Below the pieces are notes generated by a model, which ran no database searches, had not been told where the DNA came from, and worked only from the letters and a program-made list of their open reading frames with translations. A stretch of 64,000 nucleotides of DNA, taken from the NCBI GenBank assembly GCA_963820525.1, contig CAWGAA010000001.1:2624001-2688000 (forward strand). Direction: 5' to 3'. Source of the DNA: an uncultured Spirochaetota bacterium. GTDB lineage: Bacteria; Spirochaetota; Spirochaetia; SZUA-6; Fen-1364. The position numbers were made by a program, and so were the translations under genes. This document shows, piece by piece, positions 42,318 to 51,873 of this stretch (positions are counted from its first letter, which is position 1; each line of letters starts with the position of its first letter).

Positions 42318-43128
42318 CGCCGCCCCCTTGCGGGGAGACGGGCGGCTGCTGGGGAGCGGGGGCGCCGCCCTCAGGCGCGGGAGTGGGCTGGGGAGTCGTG
42401 GCGCCGCCCTCAGGCGCGGGAGTGGCGGCTCCCGGCGATGCCGGCTTGGTTTCCGGAGCAGCCGGTCCCCCTTGAGCGGGCGGCGAGCCGCTTCCGCTCT
42501 GCTGCCCTGTGGCGATCTGGCCCATGACATCCCCCTGGAGCGCGATATCCTCGGTGTCGAGGTTGACCGTGATCCGCGCGGCGCGGTACTCGTCGCCTTT
42601 TCGGGACACCCAGGGCAGCCCGGAAAGCTCCAGGGTTTTTTTCTCACGGTCGTAGCGCGCGAACTCGGACCTGCAGACCAGGTCCTTCTTGAGGATGCGC
42701 ACGCCGATCTGCACAACGGTGAGCTGCTCGTTGTCCCTGTCCTCGATGAAGCCGCCCTTCACTACCAGCTCGTTCTTGAGATCCGTCATCACCGCGTTGC
42801 CGCTGATCCTGGCGATCTTCTGCTGCCTGTCGTAGAAAAGCTCCTCGCTTGCGAGCTCCATGCCCCTCTTCGTGTTGACGATCTTCACGTTGCCGGAGCA
42901 TTGGGCGTAGATGAAGTCCTTGCCGTACAGCTCGATCCTGTCCGCGCGGATCACCGTGTCTTCCGTCTCCACCCGCGCATGACCCGAGAGCACGGCCCGT
43001 TGATTGCCCTCCGCCAGGACCGTCGTCATGCTGTCTCCGGAATACGTAAGGGAGCTGGCGGCGTGAAGCGGCGTGAGGGGGAGAATCATCGCAAGCAGGG
43101 CCGCGAGCCTACTTCTCTTCATAGACAT
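42307..43128 (-). CDS. lptA: LptA/OstA-like beta-jellyroll protein with Pro/Gly-rich tail
   Basis: Signal peptide; LSGHARV..IRADRIE and SGNVKI repeats; located between lptC and lptB. Confidence 0.85.
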   Translation of the reverse strand: MSMKRSRLAALLAMILPLTPLHAASSLTYSGDSMTTVLAEGNQRAVLSGHARVETEDTVIRADRIELYGKDFIYAQCSGNVKIVNTKRGMELASEELFYDRQQKIARISGNAVMTDLKNELVVKGGFIEDRDNEQLTVVQIGVRILKKDLVCRSEFARYDREKKTLELSGLPWVSRKGDEYRAARITVNLDTEDIALQGDVMGQIATGQQSGSGSPPAQGGPAAPETKPASPGAATPAPEGGATTPQPTPAPEGGAPAPQQPPVSPQGGGVDR

Positions 43129-43660
43129 ACACGCCCTCCACGGGGCCGGTGAACCGCACCTCCTTGATGCGGAAATCTCCCACGAAACCCCTCCCCGAAA
43201 TGTAGGTGCCGTCGTCTTTCTTTACCAATACTCTCTCGTCGGGGTCCGCCGTGAGCTTCTTCTCCTTGTTCTGCCAGCTCAAGGATTCCGTCGAGATTTC
43301 TCCCTTCTCGGAGGCAGAAGAGACGCGCACATTGCCGGAGATCTCCGCGTCCTGGGTGTCGGTATGGAAGACCACGGAGTCCGCGCTGCCATCCGTGTCG
43401 CGCTCCCCTTTCTCGTCGTATTCGACGAAATGCGCTGCGCTGATAACGGTCTGCTTGCGCGTATTGTAGGTCTCGGTCCGCTCGGCCTGGAGCTCCAGAG
43501 AGAGGCGCGAATCCTTGACGACGCGGTAGGTGACTCCGACCGCAACCGTGTCGGGAACTTCTTGAGCGGCCGAGGCTTCCAGCTCGGCGGCCTGGTAGTT
43601 GAGGCTGCAGCCGGCCAGGAGCGCTGCGAAGAGCATGGCGGCGGGCAGTGCGAAACGCAC
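43109..43660 (-). CDS. lptC: LptC-like lipoprotein
   Basis: Lipobox LLAGC; SGNVRV, ISTESLSW and ISGRGF motifs; synteny. Confidence 0.8.
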   Translation of the reverse strand: MRFALPAAMLFAALLAGCSLNYQAAELEASAAQEVPDTVAVGVTYRVVKDSRLSLELQAERTETYNTRKQTVISAAHFVEYDEKGERDTDGSADSVVFHTDTQDAEISGNVRVSSASEKGEISTESLSWQNKEKKLTADPDERVLVKKDDGTYISGRGFVGDFRIKEVRFTGPVEGVYVYEEK

Positions 43661-43663
43661 CGT

Positions 43664-45289
43664 CTATCCTCGGCTTGCGGCCGGCTGGGCCTGCGCCGCA
43701 AGGCACGCTGCAATGAAGCGCGAGAACAGGGGGCTGGGAGACTTGGGCTTGGAGATGAACTCGGGATGGAACTGGACCCCGACTCCCCAGGGGTGTCCCG
43801 GCCATTCGATTGATTCCACCAGGGCCCCATCCGGTGTCAGCCCGCTCACGACGAGCCCACCATCCTGGAGGGCCTGCCTGTACGCGTTGGACACCTCGTA
43901 GCGGTGGCGGTGCCGCTCGAAAATAACTTCGGCGCCATACGCTTCCGCTATCCTCGTGGCCGCAAGGAGGCGCGTCTCGCTCCTTCCCAGCCGCATTGTG
44001 CCTCCGTACGCCTTGATGTCCACCTGCTCTTCCAGGAGGCTCACGACGGGATGCTTCGTCTCGGGAGCGAACTCGGTGGAGTTGGCCTCCTTCAGCCCCA
44101 GAACGTTTCGGGCGTACTCGATAACCATGATCTGAAGGCCCAGGCAGATGCCGAGGTAGGGGATGTTGTTCTGGCGCGCATAGGCGGCGGTTTTGATCAT
44201 GCCCTCGATTCCGCGAAGGCCGAATCCGCCCGGCACCAGTATCCCATCGCATCCTGCCAGGGGCACCGCGAGGTCCCGCTCCCCCTCCAGCTCCTCGCTT
44301 TCGATCTTGACCAGCTGAACCCGCGACCCGTTGGCGATCCCGCCGTGGAAAAGGGATTCGAAGATCGAGATGTAGGAATCGTGGAGTCCCGTGTATTTGC
44401 CCACGATGGCGATCCGCGCGGTCCGCTTGGCATCCGTGAAATGCTCCACGATCCGCTTCCATCCGTCGCGCGACGGCGTCTTCTCCGCCAGGCCGAGCCT
44501 CTTCATAATGCTGGTGTCGAGCTTCTGCTCCACGAAAACGAGGGGGATCTCGTAGATCGTGGTCCGTACGTCGTAGGCGGAGATCACCGAGTCTTTTTCC
44601 ACGTTGGTGAAAAGCGAGATCTTCCTCTTCATGTCTTCTTCCAGAGGAGTTCCCGCGCGGCACAAGAGGATGTCAGGCTGGATGCCGATCTCCCGCAGCT
44701 CCCTCACCGAGTGCTGTGTAGGCTTTGTCTTGAGCTCTCCCCAGTAGACCACGGGCACGAGGGTGAGATGGATGAACATCACGTTCTCCTTGCCCAGGTC
44801 GTGGATGAACTGGCGGGCCGCCTCCAGGAACGGGATCGATTCGATGTCTCCCACCGTGCCGCCGATCTCCACCAACGTGACGTCCACTCCCGGCTGCTCC
44901 CCCACCTTGAAGATCCGGGCCTTTATCTCGTCCGTGATGTGGGGAATCACCTGGACCGTGCGGCCGAGGAAGCGCCCTTCGCGCTCCTTGGTGATCACCG
45001 CCTGGTACACCTGGCCCGTCGTGATGGAGTTGTCCCGGGAAAGCGGCGAGGAGGTGAATCTGTTGTAGTTTCCCAGGTCGAGGTCCGTTTCAGCGCCGTC
45101 GTCGGTGACGTAGACCTCGCCGTGCTGGAACGGGTTCATTGTTCCGGCATCCACGTTGATGTAGGGATCGATCTTGATCATGCGGATATTGAAGCCCCTG
45201 TTTTCCAGCAGGCTTCCGATCGATGCAGCGGCAACTCCCTTGCCGAGCCCCGAGCATACTCCACCCGTGACGAAAATGTATTTGCTCAT
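43664..45289 (-). CDS. pyrG: CTP synthase
   Basis: [39 protein letters not shown] and QFHPEF motifs. Confidence 0.99.
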   Translation of the reverse strand: MSKYIFVTGGVCSGLGKGVAAASIGSLLENRGFNIRMIKIDPYINVDAGTMNPFQHGEVYVTDDGAETDLDLGNYNRFTSSPLSRDNSITTGQVYQAVITKEREGRFLGRTVQVIPHITDEIKARIFKVGEQPGVDVTLVEIGGTVGDIESIPFLEAARQFIHDLGKENVMFIHLTLVPVVYWGELKTKPTQHSVRELREIGIQPDILLCRAGTPLEEDMKRKISLFTNVEKDSVISAYDVRTTIYEIPLVFVEQKLDTSIMKRLGLAEKTPSRDGWKRIVEHFTDAKRTARIAIVGKYTGLHDSYISIFESLFHGGIANGSRVQLVKIESEELEGERDLAVPLAGCDGILVPGGFGLRGIEGMIKTAAYARQNNIPYLGICLGLQIMVIEYARNVLGLKEANSTEFAPETKHPVVSLLEEQVDIKAYGGTMRLGRSETRLLAATRIAEAYGAEVIFERHRHRYEVSNAYRQALQDGGLVVSGLTPDGALVESIEWPGHPWGVGVQFHPEFISKPKSPSPLFSRFIAACLAAQAQPAASRG

Positions 45290-45357
45290 GGGGATCGTAT
45301 TATAGCGGAAATGCCCGCCCGTCTCAATGGCAGGCCATCCATGGACTGGACCGCGGC

Positions 45358-45633
45358 TCAGTCCTCGAGGACCGTGACCACCTTTTTCAGGTCCCAGCGG
45401 AGAAATCTCTGTAGGGCCTGGATCTGGGCCGCGTTCACATAGTAGATCCTGCCGTCGTACTTTACCAGGCCGCCGTCATAGGTGGCGAACTTCACGTGAT
45501 AGTATATCCGGCCGATGAACTGGGCCTCGTCCCAGTGGGGACAGCCCTTCAGGTGGGGAATCTTTCGGAGGCTCCTTGCATTGATCGTGTCCCCTTTGAC
45601 GGAGTTTCGCAGCACTTCCTGCCACTTGATCAT
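45358..45633 (-). CDS. Small hypothetical protein (91 aa)
   Basis: Fills the gap between pyrG and the divergent cheR; host-like codon usage; family not recognised. Confidence 0.65.
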   Translation of the reverse strand: MIKWQEVLRNSVKGDTINARSLRKIPHLKGCPHWDEAQFIGRIYYHVKFATYDGGLVKYDGRIYYVNAAQIQALQRFLRWDLKKVVTVLED

Positions 45634-45699
45634 AACAATGTTCTATTGACACCCCTTCACGGTAAAGTGTACAGGTGGTACGGGGCAAGATCAACCCTC

Positions 45700-46521
45700 A
45701 TGGCAACCTTTCTCACGGATGAAGAGTTCGCGCTGTTCAGCTCCCTGATTTACGACGGGAGCGGAATTCATTTTTCAGCCTCCAACCGGCCGATTCTGGA
45801 GAGCAGGCTTCGGGAGCGCCTCAAGGAATCGGGGCTGGCCCGCGTTCGTGAGTACTACGACCTCATCCGCCGCAGTTCGGAGGAGATGAAGATCCTCCTG
45901 GACTCGGTGACGACGAACCTCACCTGGTTCTTCCGCTACGAGGGCCACTTTACGGCCCTGGAGAATCTGGTGCTTCCCGACCTGCTGGCGCACAAGAAGA
46001 AGAAATCCAATCATCGCCTGCGGGTGTGGAGCGCAGGGTGCTCGACGGGAGAGGAGACGTACTCGGTCGCAATGCTCCTCGCGGACAAGCTCCCGCCGGA
46101 TTTCAGCCTGGAGATCGTGGGAAGCGACTTGAGCCTCAAATCGCTGATGATCGCCAAAGAGGGCTTCTACGCCGAGAGCAGGGTGGGAGGAGTTCCCGAG
46201 AAGTACGTCAAGCGTTTCCTGGAGGTGAAAAACGACGGCTACCATATCATGGACCCGGTCAAGAAGCTCGTCCGCTTCGACTATCATAATCTGAAGTTCG
46301 ACAGCGGCCTGACCGACATCGACGTCGTGTTCTGCCGAAACGTCATCATCTACTTCGACGTCACGGCCCAGAGCCAGGTCATCAACCGCTTCTGGCAGGC
46401 CATGACGCCCCACTCCTACCTCTTCCTCGGCCACTCGGAATCCCTGTTCGGGATGGAAACGAAGTTCGAGTTCGTCAAGACAGATTGGGCCTGCCTGTAT
46501 AAAAAGGTTCTGGATCCATAG
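45700..46521 (+). CDS. cheR: Chemotaxis methyltransferase CheR
   Basis: VTTNLTWFFR, WSAGCSTGEE, FCRNVIIYFD and LGHSESL motifs. Confidence 0.97.
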   Translation: MATFLTDEEFALFSSLIYDGSGIHFSASNRPILESRLRERLKESGLARVREYYDLIRRSSEEMKILLDSVTTNLTWFFRYEGHFTALENLVLPDLLAHKKKKSNHRLRVWSAGCSTGEETYSVAMLLADKLPPDFSLEIVGSDLSLKSLMIAKEGFYAESRVGGVPEKYVKRFLEVKNDGYHIMDPVKKLVRFDYHNLKFDSGLTDIDVVFCRNVIIYFDVTAQSQVINRFWQAMTPHSYLFLGHSESLFGMETKFEFVKTDWACLYKKVLDP

Positions 46522-46531
46522 GAGCGCGCAA

Positions 46532-47674
46532 GTGATCGACCGACCCATCTCCGTGTTGATCGTCGATGATTCCGCCCTGATGCGGAACCTCGTGAGCAGG
46601 ATCTTCGGCTCGGCGCCCGGTTTCCGGGTTGCAGGCACCGCCATGAACGGAATTTTCGCTCTTCGAAAGATCGAGGCGGCCATGCCGGACCTCGTCGTGC
46701 TGGACCTGGAGATGCCGGAAATGAATGGGATCGAGTTCCTGCGCGAGAGGCAGAAGCGGGGTCTCGACGTGCCCGTGATCATCCTCTCCTCGATCGCGGA
46801 GAAGGGGGCGAGGATTACCATGGAGGCGCTGGCCCTCGGCGCCTCGGATTTCGTCCTGAAACCGGGCGGGATCACGGCGACTCACGAGATGAAGGATACG
46901 GCCGAGGAGCTCGTCGAGATCGCCCGCATCTATGCGGGGCGCGGGAGAAGGCCTCCCGCCCCGGCAGAAGAGCCGAAGAGGGAGCATCGGGAGCCGGGTG
47001 AAGAAGCGGCGCCCGTCGAGTATCTCGAGGAGCATCCAGCGCCGGCCCAGCAGGCCAGGCAGCGCGTCGTTCCGCTTCGCCCTCCCGGTCCCGTCGAGGT
47101 GGTGGCCATCGGAATCTCCACGGGCGGTCCCAATGCGCTGCGGGAGCTCCTGCCCAGCCTCGAATCCGATTTCCCCGCTCCGGTTCTCATCGTTCAGCAC
47201 ATGCCAGCGGGTTTCACGGGAGAGTTCGCCGAGAGCCTCGACCGGATCTGCCCCCTGGAAGTCAGGGAAGCAAAGGACGGGGACGTGATCAAAGCCGGCC
47301 GGGTCTTCATCGCTCCTGGAGACGCTCACATGACTGTGGAGTCGAAACCGCTTGCCAACACGGTGAAGCTCTCCTCCGAAGCCCCCGTGAGCGGCCATAG
47401 GCCTTCGGCAGACGTGCTTTTCGCCTCAGTGGCGAAGGTGTACGGCAACAGGAGCCTGGCGGCGATCATGACGGGCATGGGAAGGGATGGGGCCGCGGAG
47501 ATCGGTTCGATCTACCACGAGGGGGGAACAACCCTCGCGCAGGATGAAGCGTCCTCCGTCGTGTTTGGAATGCCCCGCGTCGCCATAGAGGCCGGGGTCA
47601 TCACATCGGTCGTTCCCCTTGCCCGGATGGCGGAAACCCTCAACCGTCTGAGTCGGGAGCGCTCTCCGCGGTAG
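46532..47674 (+). CDS. cheB: Chemotaxis response regulator methylesterase CheB
   Basis: REC domain plus GISTGGP, QHMP, HRPSADVLF and MTGMGRDG motifs. Confidence 0.97.
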   Translation: MIDRPISVLIVDDSALMRNLVSRIFGSAPGFRVAGTAMNGIFALRKIEAAMPDLVVLDLEMPEMNGIEFLRERQKRGLDVPVIILSSIAEKGARITMEALALGASDFVLKPGGITATHEMKDTAEELVEIARIYAGRGRRPPAPAEEPKREHREPGEEAAPVEYLEEHPAPAQQARQRVVPLRPPGPVEVVAIGISTGGPNALRELLPSLESDFPAPVLIVQHMPAGFTGEFAESLDRICPLEVREAKDGDVIKAGRVFIAPGDAHMTVESKPLANTVKLSSEAPVSGHRPSADVLFASVAKVYGNRSLAAIMTGMGRDGAAEIGSIYHEGGTTLAQDEASSVVFGMPRVAIEAGVITSVVPLARMAETLNRLSRERSPR

Positions 47675-48494
47675 GAAGCTCCTGCGAGGCGGCGGCCGCC
47701 GGCGCCACGATCTGCCTGCGGATCCTCTCGATCCCCGTCGCCTTTCCGTCCTCGCCGATCTCCATCACCACCCCTTGAAGCTCCAGTTTCCCCCATGCCT
47801 CCTTGGAGTACTCGTGGATCAGCGTCGTGAACTTTCTTATCTCGATTTCGGGGTCGAGGCCCCCCACCGATTCAATGCTCCCCGTCCGCCCGGCGTCCGT
47901 AATGACCGCGGTGCCTCCCGGGAGCACTCTTTCGTCTGCCGTGATTGCCTTGGTGTGGGTCCCGACGATCGCGGAGACCTTGCCGTCTGCGAAGTAGAAC
48001 AGCGTTCCCTTCTCTGCCGTTGTCACGGCGTGGAAGTCGACCACGATGATATTCGTCTGGGGGGCAATGGATTGCAGGAGCTTGGGCAGGAGGCTGTAGG
48101 GATTTTTCAGGTGCACTCTCTTGAAGCCGGATTGTCCAAGGAGGCTCACCACCGCGATTTTTCGGCCGGCTGCTTCGTAGATCATCCAGCCCCGCCCGGG
48201 GTTTTTCTGCGGATAGTTGGCCGGCCTCAGGATGTACGGGGATCGGGCGATGTGCTCCACCATGTCCTTCTTGTAGTAGGCGCATTCCCCCAGCGTGATG
48301 CAATCGACGCCGAGCTTGTGGAGGTAGATGGAGTGGTTCTTGCCGATGCCGAACCCGCCCGTGGCCCCTTCACCGTCCGCGATCACGAAATCGATGGAGC
48401 GCTCCTCCTTGATCTTGGGGAGCAGCTCCTTGAGGCACCAGACACCCGACTTGCCGACGATTTCGCCGATGAAGAGGATGCGCAAAGAACTCAT
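47640..48494 (-). CDS. YmdB/TIGR00282 family metallophosphoesterase
   Basis: ILFIGEIVG, LRPANYP, VDFHA, VGTHT and ITDAGRTG motifs. Confidence 0.9.
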   Translation of the reverse strand: MSSLRILFIGEIVGKSGVWCLKELLPKIKEERSIDFVIADGEGATGGFGIGKNHSIYLHKLGVDCITLGECAYYKKDMVEHIARSPYILRPANYPQKNPGRGWMIYEAAGRKIAVVSLLGQSGFKRVHLKNPYSLLPKLLQSIAPQTNIIVVDFHAVTTAEKGTLFYFADGKVSAIVGTHTKAITADERVLPGGTAVITDAGRTGSIESVGGLDPEIEIRKFTTLIHEYSKEAWGKLELQGVVMEIGEDGKATGIERIRRQIVAPAAAASQELPTAESAPDSDG

Positions 48495-48551
48495 GCGGGC
48501 GCCGCCCGGGCGGAAAAACTCACCCGCAAAGTGTAGCAAGAGGCCCCAATC

Positions 48552-48581
48552 TTGACAAGTTTGAAGGCTTTTTGATAGCGT
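48552..48581 (+). promoter_or_regulatory. sigma70-like promoter of tRNA-Leu (TTGACA-N18-TAGCGT, extended TG)
   Basis: Directly upstream of the tRNA 5' end. Confidence 0.6.
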
Positions 48582-48590
48582 GGTTCAAAC

Positions 48591-48675
48591 GCCCGGATGG
48601 TGGAATTTGGTAGACACGCTAGATTCAGGGTCTAGTGCTCGCAAGGGCATGGAGGTTCAAGTCCTCTTCCGGGCA
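48591..48675 (+). tRNA. tRNA-Leu (anticodon CAG); CCA not encoded
   Basis: GCCCGGATGGTGGAATTTGGTAGACACGCTAGATTCAGGGTCTAGTGCTCGCAAGGGCATGGAGGTTCAAGTCCTCTTCCGGGCA folds as a cloverleaf with a long variable arm. Confidence 0.96.
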
Positions 48676-48818
48676 AAAACAGCTCTTTATTAATAGAGTA
48701 CTTGCAGTTCGAGCCTTGCGCTCATTGCTCTTTCCTTCTCTATCAAGTCGCCGACGCGCTGTGCTTGAGACGTTTGCCTTTCCATCATCACTACTCTATA
48801 ATAGAGAGGGAGAACGCT

Positions 48819-49400
48819 ATGAAGTATCCAAGAATAATCATTTCAGTGGCTATTATTTTTTTATTTTCTCCTTTCGTGGGTTTTTCAAGTGACAGATCGG
48901 ATGCCACGGATCTCATGAATAAATGTGATAATAGCTCGAAAAGCTTGGAGATCGCGATCAGGAACTTTGGGGATAAGAATGACACAGCCTCTTTTGAGAA
49001 TGGCCTGAATACGATCAAGCAAGGAAAGGTCAAACTGGCGCAGTCGAAGTTTCTGGAGGCCAAGGCAAAATTCGAGGAATATCAGAAAGCCGAATATGAC
49101 CTCTATGGGAGTCTTTCCCCGAAGTATATCCAACGCACGCAGGAGATCATTGATAAGATTGCGGAAGATCTCGTAGATTTTGTTAATCAGCCCGAGGTGC
49201 TCAAGAACTTCACTGACTCCGCGCAGAATCTGGACATCGCAAAACTGCGCTATAGCTCCAAGGCCTATCCCGCCGTCATCCAATCCTGCAGGATAGCCAA
49301 GAACCTGGTCATCAATTGCTATGTCATAGCAAAGAAAGACATTCCCGCGGAGTATAAAAAGGATCTTGAGGATTCCAGCAATAAAATCTTCCAGGGATGA
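48819..49400 (+). CDS. Secreted helical hypothetical protein (lower GC)
   Basis: Signal peptide MKYPRIIISVAIIFLFSPFVGFS; TTGCCT-N17-TATAAT and GGAG upstream. Confidence 0.75.
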   Translation: MKYPRIIISVAIIFLFSPFVGFSSDRSDATDLMNKCDNSSKSLEIAIRNFGDKNDTASFENGLNTIKQGKVKLAQSKFLEAKAKFEEYQKAEYDLYGSLSPKYIQRTQEIIDKIAEDLVDFVNQPEVLKNFTDSAQNLDIAKLRYSSKAYPAVIQSCRIAKNLVINCYVIAKKDIPAEYKKDLEDSSNKIFQG

Positions 49401-49583
49401 ACGGGGGTTTTCGAAGCGGCGGGGGTTGTGAAGCCCCGGCCACGACCCCCCGCCGAGATCCTCGATCTCGGGAATGGTGCGCAGCCAGCCTGGCCGCATC
49501 GCCCTATTGCGCCGGCATTGTCGCGGGCGTATCATGCGCAAAGCAGCATTGATCCCATGTCATGTGCTGCCAGAGGAGCTCCG

Positions 49584-51296
49584 GTGCACCTCATCAACAG
49601 CATCCATATAGATCCTTCCCGGGCGAGAACCTATCCCGAGGTGGAGATCCAGATAAAGGAGCAGCTCAACTCATCGACCAGGAAGTTCGAGAAACTCAAG
49701 GCGACCGTGTCGAGCCTGGCGAAATACACCCGGGACATCAAGGGCTTCATTGACATCGACCTGCTCGAGGAACGGGCGCACAGGCTCAAGCCGAACATGG
49801 ATGTCGTGAGGTCGCTGAGACTCTCGAAGTATATCCTGGCTACCATGATCTACCTGACCAGGGGCGACGAGAGGTACATCGAGGGCATGAAGCCCGATGA
49901 GGAGTTCTTCAGGACACACCCCCAGCTTGATGAAATTTTCAGGAGGCGGAAAGACGTCGACACCGTACTCCTGGCGCTGTACAACGAGTCTCCCCGGAAG
50001 TTCGTCGCCGATACCAGCCCGCAGTACCGCATCCCGCGGCTGCTGGAGCAGATACTGGTCCCTCATCCGAAACGCCCCACGCGGATGATGAGCCATTCGT
50101 TCCATACGCAGAGCATGCAGTTCGAGGAGAGCATGTGCACGCTGACCGGAGCCGTGCTGCGGCTGCTCTTCAATGTCGAAGAATACGACACCGACATGGA
50201 CATCATGCTCTTCTTCATACGATCGAAAGGAGCCAGGCCGGTACGGTTGAAGCGGGTCTTCTCGGACGATGTCAAACGGATTCATCGCAAGATCGACCAT
50301 TCCCTGTTCCTGTTGAAAGAAGCCGCCAATTATGTGCTCGAGGAGACGGAGCGCGACCCGTCATTCATCCAGCAGGTACTCAACCAGTCCTATGTCGAAA
50401 ACGTTCTCGACAGATCACGGCAGCTGCTGAAGGACGTCGATGCTCTGGACTCGCTGCTCGATGGGTTGAGCAGGCTGAAGGCGGACATGATGCATCTCTG
50501 CTGGACCATCCGGGACCGGACGAGCGAGAAGATCGCCCGGCTGAACCGGATGATGGATTCGAGCGACTACCACGACCTGCTGCTTCTCTGGAGAGATATG
50601 AAGGAAGTGGGGAATTCATTCTTCACGGATCTGCAGGACGTGTATGGCTTCTTTGCCGCTTACGCAGCCCAGAGCAGGATCGGATTGGATGAGCTGCTGG
50701 ACAGGCTCGAGGGGTCATTCACGTCGCACTTCACCGCGATAGACGACTACCTCAGGTTCATCCCCGATTTCGACAAGAAGCTGGACTCTTTCAGGAAGAG
50801 CTATGGTCAGCTGACCCTGATCGAGGAGGGAAGGTCCGAGTTCTACAAGACCCTCATCCACGAGATGTCCCAGGTGTGCATCAACTTCACGACATCGATA
50901 GCGAGAGGCAAGCTGTTCAACAAGCACCTCAAGTCCTTCGAGGATTTCGAGCTGTTGTACGATCCCCTCTATGGAGACCGGATAGCCAACATCACGGAGC
51001 CGATCATCGCGCTCCGCCAGACATTCCCTGCGGAGAGCAAGTTCGACCTCACGCGATTCGTGGGCAGGGATACCGTCGTCCCCGATGCAATGCGGAACAG
51101 TTACCGCAAAATCATGAGGCTACGGCTCTGCGCGGACGCCATCCTCGAGTTCTATGGCAACCTCCTTGACAACGATCGGTACATGTTCGACGCATCCGCG
51201 GTGAAACAGGAATCATCTAATTTAAGGAAACATCTCGACGAGATCGTGCGCTACTGCACTGCCTATGACGATGCGCCCAGGGAAATGGAGAACTGA
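49584..51296 (+). CDS. Large, predicted all-helical cytoplasmic hypothetical protein (about 570 aa)
   Basis: AGAGGAG RBS before GTG 49584; strong GC3 coding bias; no recognised motif. Confidence 0.75.
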   Translation: MHLINSIHIDPSRARTYPEVEIQIKEQLNSSTRKFEKLKATVSSLAKYTRDIKGFIDIDLLEERAHRLKPNMDVVRSLRLSKYILATMIYLTRGDERYIEGMKPDEEFFRTHPQLDEIFRRRKDVDTVLLALYNESPRKFVADTSPQYRIPRLLEQILVPHPKRPTRMMSHSFHTQSMQFEESMCTLTGAVLRLLFNVEEYDTDMDIMLFFIRSKGARPVRLKRVFSDDVKRIHRKIDHSLFLLKEAANYVLEETERDPSFIQQVLNQSYVENVLDRSRQLLKDVDALDSLLDGLSRLKADMMHLCWTIRDRTSEKIARLNRMMDSSDYHDLLLLWRDMKEVGNSFFTDLQDVYGFFAAYAAQSRIGLDELLDRLEGSFTSHFTAIDDYLRFIPDFDKKLDSFRKSYGQLTLIEEGRSEFYKTLIHEMSQVCINFTTSIARGKLFNKHLKSFEDFELLYDPLYGDRIANITEPIIALRQTFPAESKFDLTRFVGRDTVVPDAMRNSYRKIMRLRLCADAILEFYGNLLDNDRYMFDASAVKQESSNLRKHLDEIVRYCTAYDDAPREMEN

Positions 51297-51541
51297 GATG
51301 GGCTTTTTGGAGTAATTCTCAGTGAGGAAGAAGATGTTCACCGGGAAGCCGGCGAGATCTCGCACGGTCGACATACGGCTCTCTTTTGTGCAGCTACTAG
51401 ATGTCACCGAGGTACACAGAACAGATATTTCTGTAATCGGGGATCCTCATCGTGTCGGCCTTATCCCCATTGCCGACGACCTCAATTTCGACCGCCGTCC
51501 ACGCAGATTTGAGAAAGAAGCCTCCGAGCAAACCGTCTCGG

Positions 51542-51742
51542 CTATTTGAGCGAAACTTCCATGATCTCAGATGTACCGAAGAACTGGAGTTTGTCCTCGC
51601 GTGCCAACCAGCCTATTCCCATGTAAAACAGATCTTCCGGCAGCTTGGTCTTCTTCTTAAGCTGGTTGAAAGTCATCGCCTTATTCTCCTCAACCAAGGC
51701 CGTCCAGATTTCTCCAGCCGTCTCGCCAATCTCATTGATCAT
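51542..51742 (-). CDS. Small winged-helix protein (DUF2582-like)
   Basis: IGETAGEIW.AL...KKKTKL....YMGIGWLAREDKL; GGAGGAGG RBS. Confidence 0.85.
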   Translation of the reverse strand: MINEIGETAGEIWTALVEENKAMTFNQLKKKTKLPEDLFYMGIGWLAREDKLQFFGTSEIMEVSLK

Positions 51743-51873
51743 CACAATCACCTCCTCCCGCGCATCCCGACTTCCCGCGAATCTTCGTCGGATAGCGGCC
51801 ATAATCCTCACTTATCCTCTTCGCCAGCAATCCCGCGGCACTCCCCTTCTCAATAGCAGCCCAGGTCCATTTC

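Noticed and set aside
51297..51541. Possible gene remnant between the orphan gene and the winged-helix gene
   Set aside because: Short frames with stops and no recognisable family.
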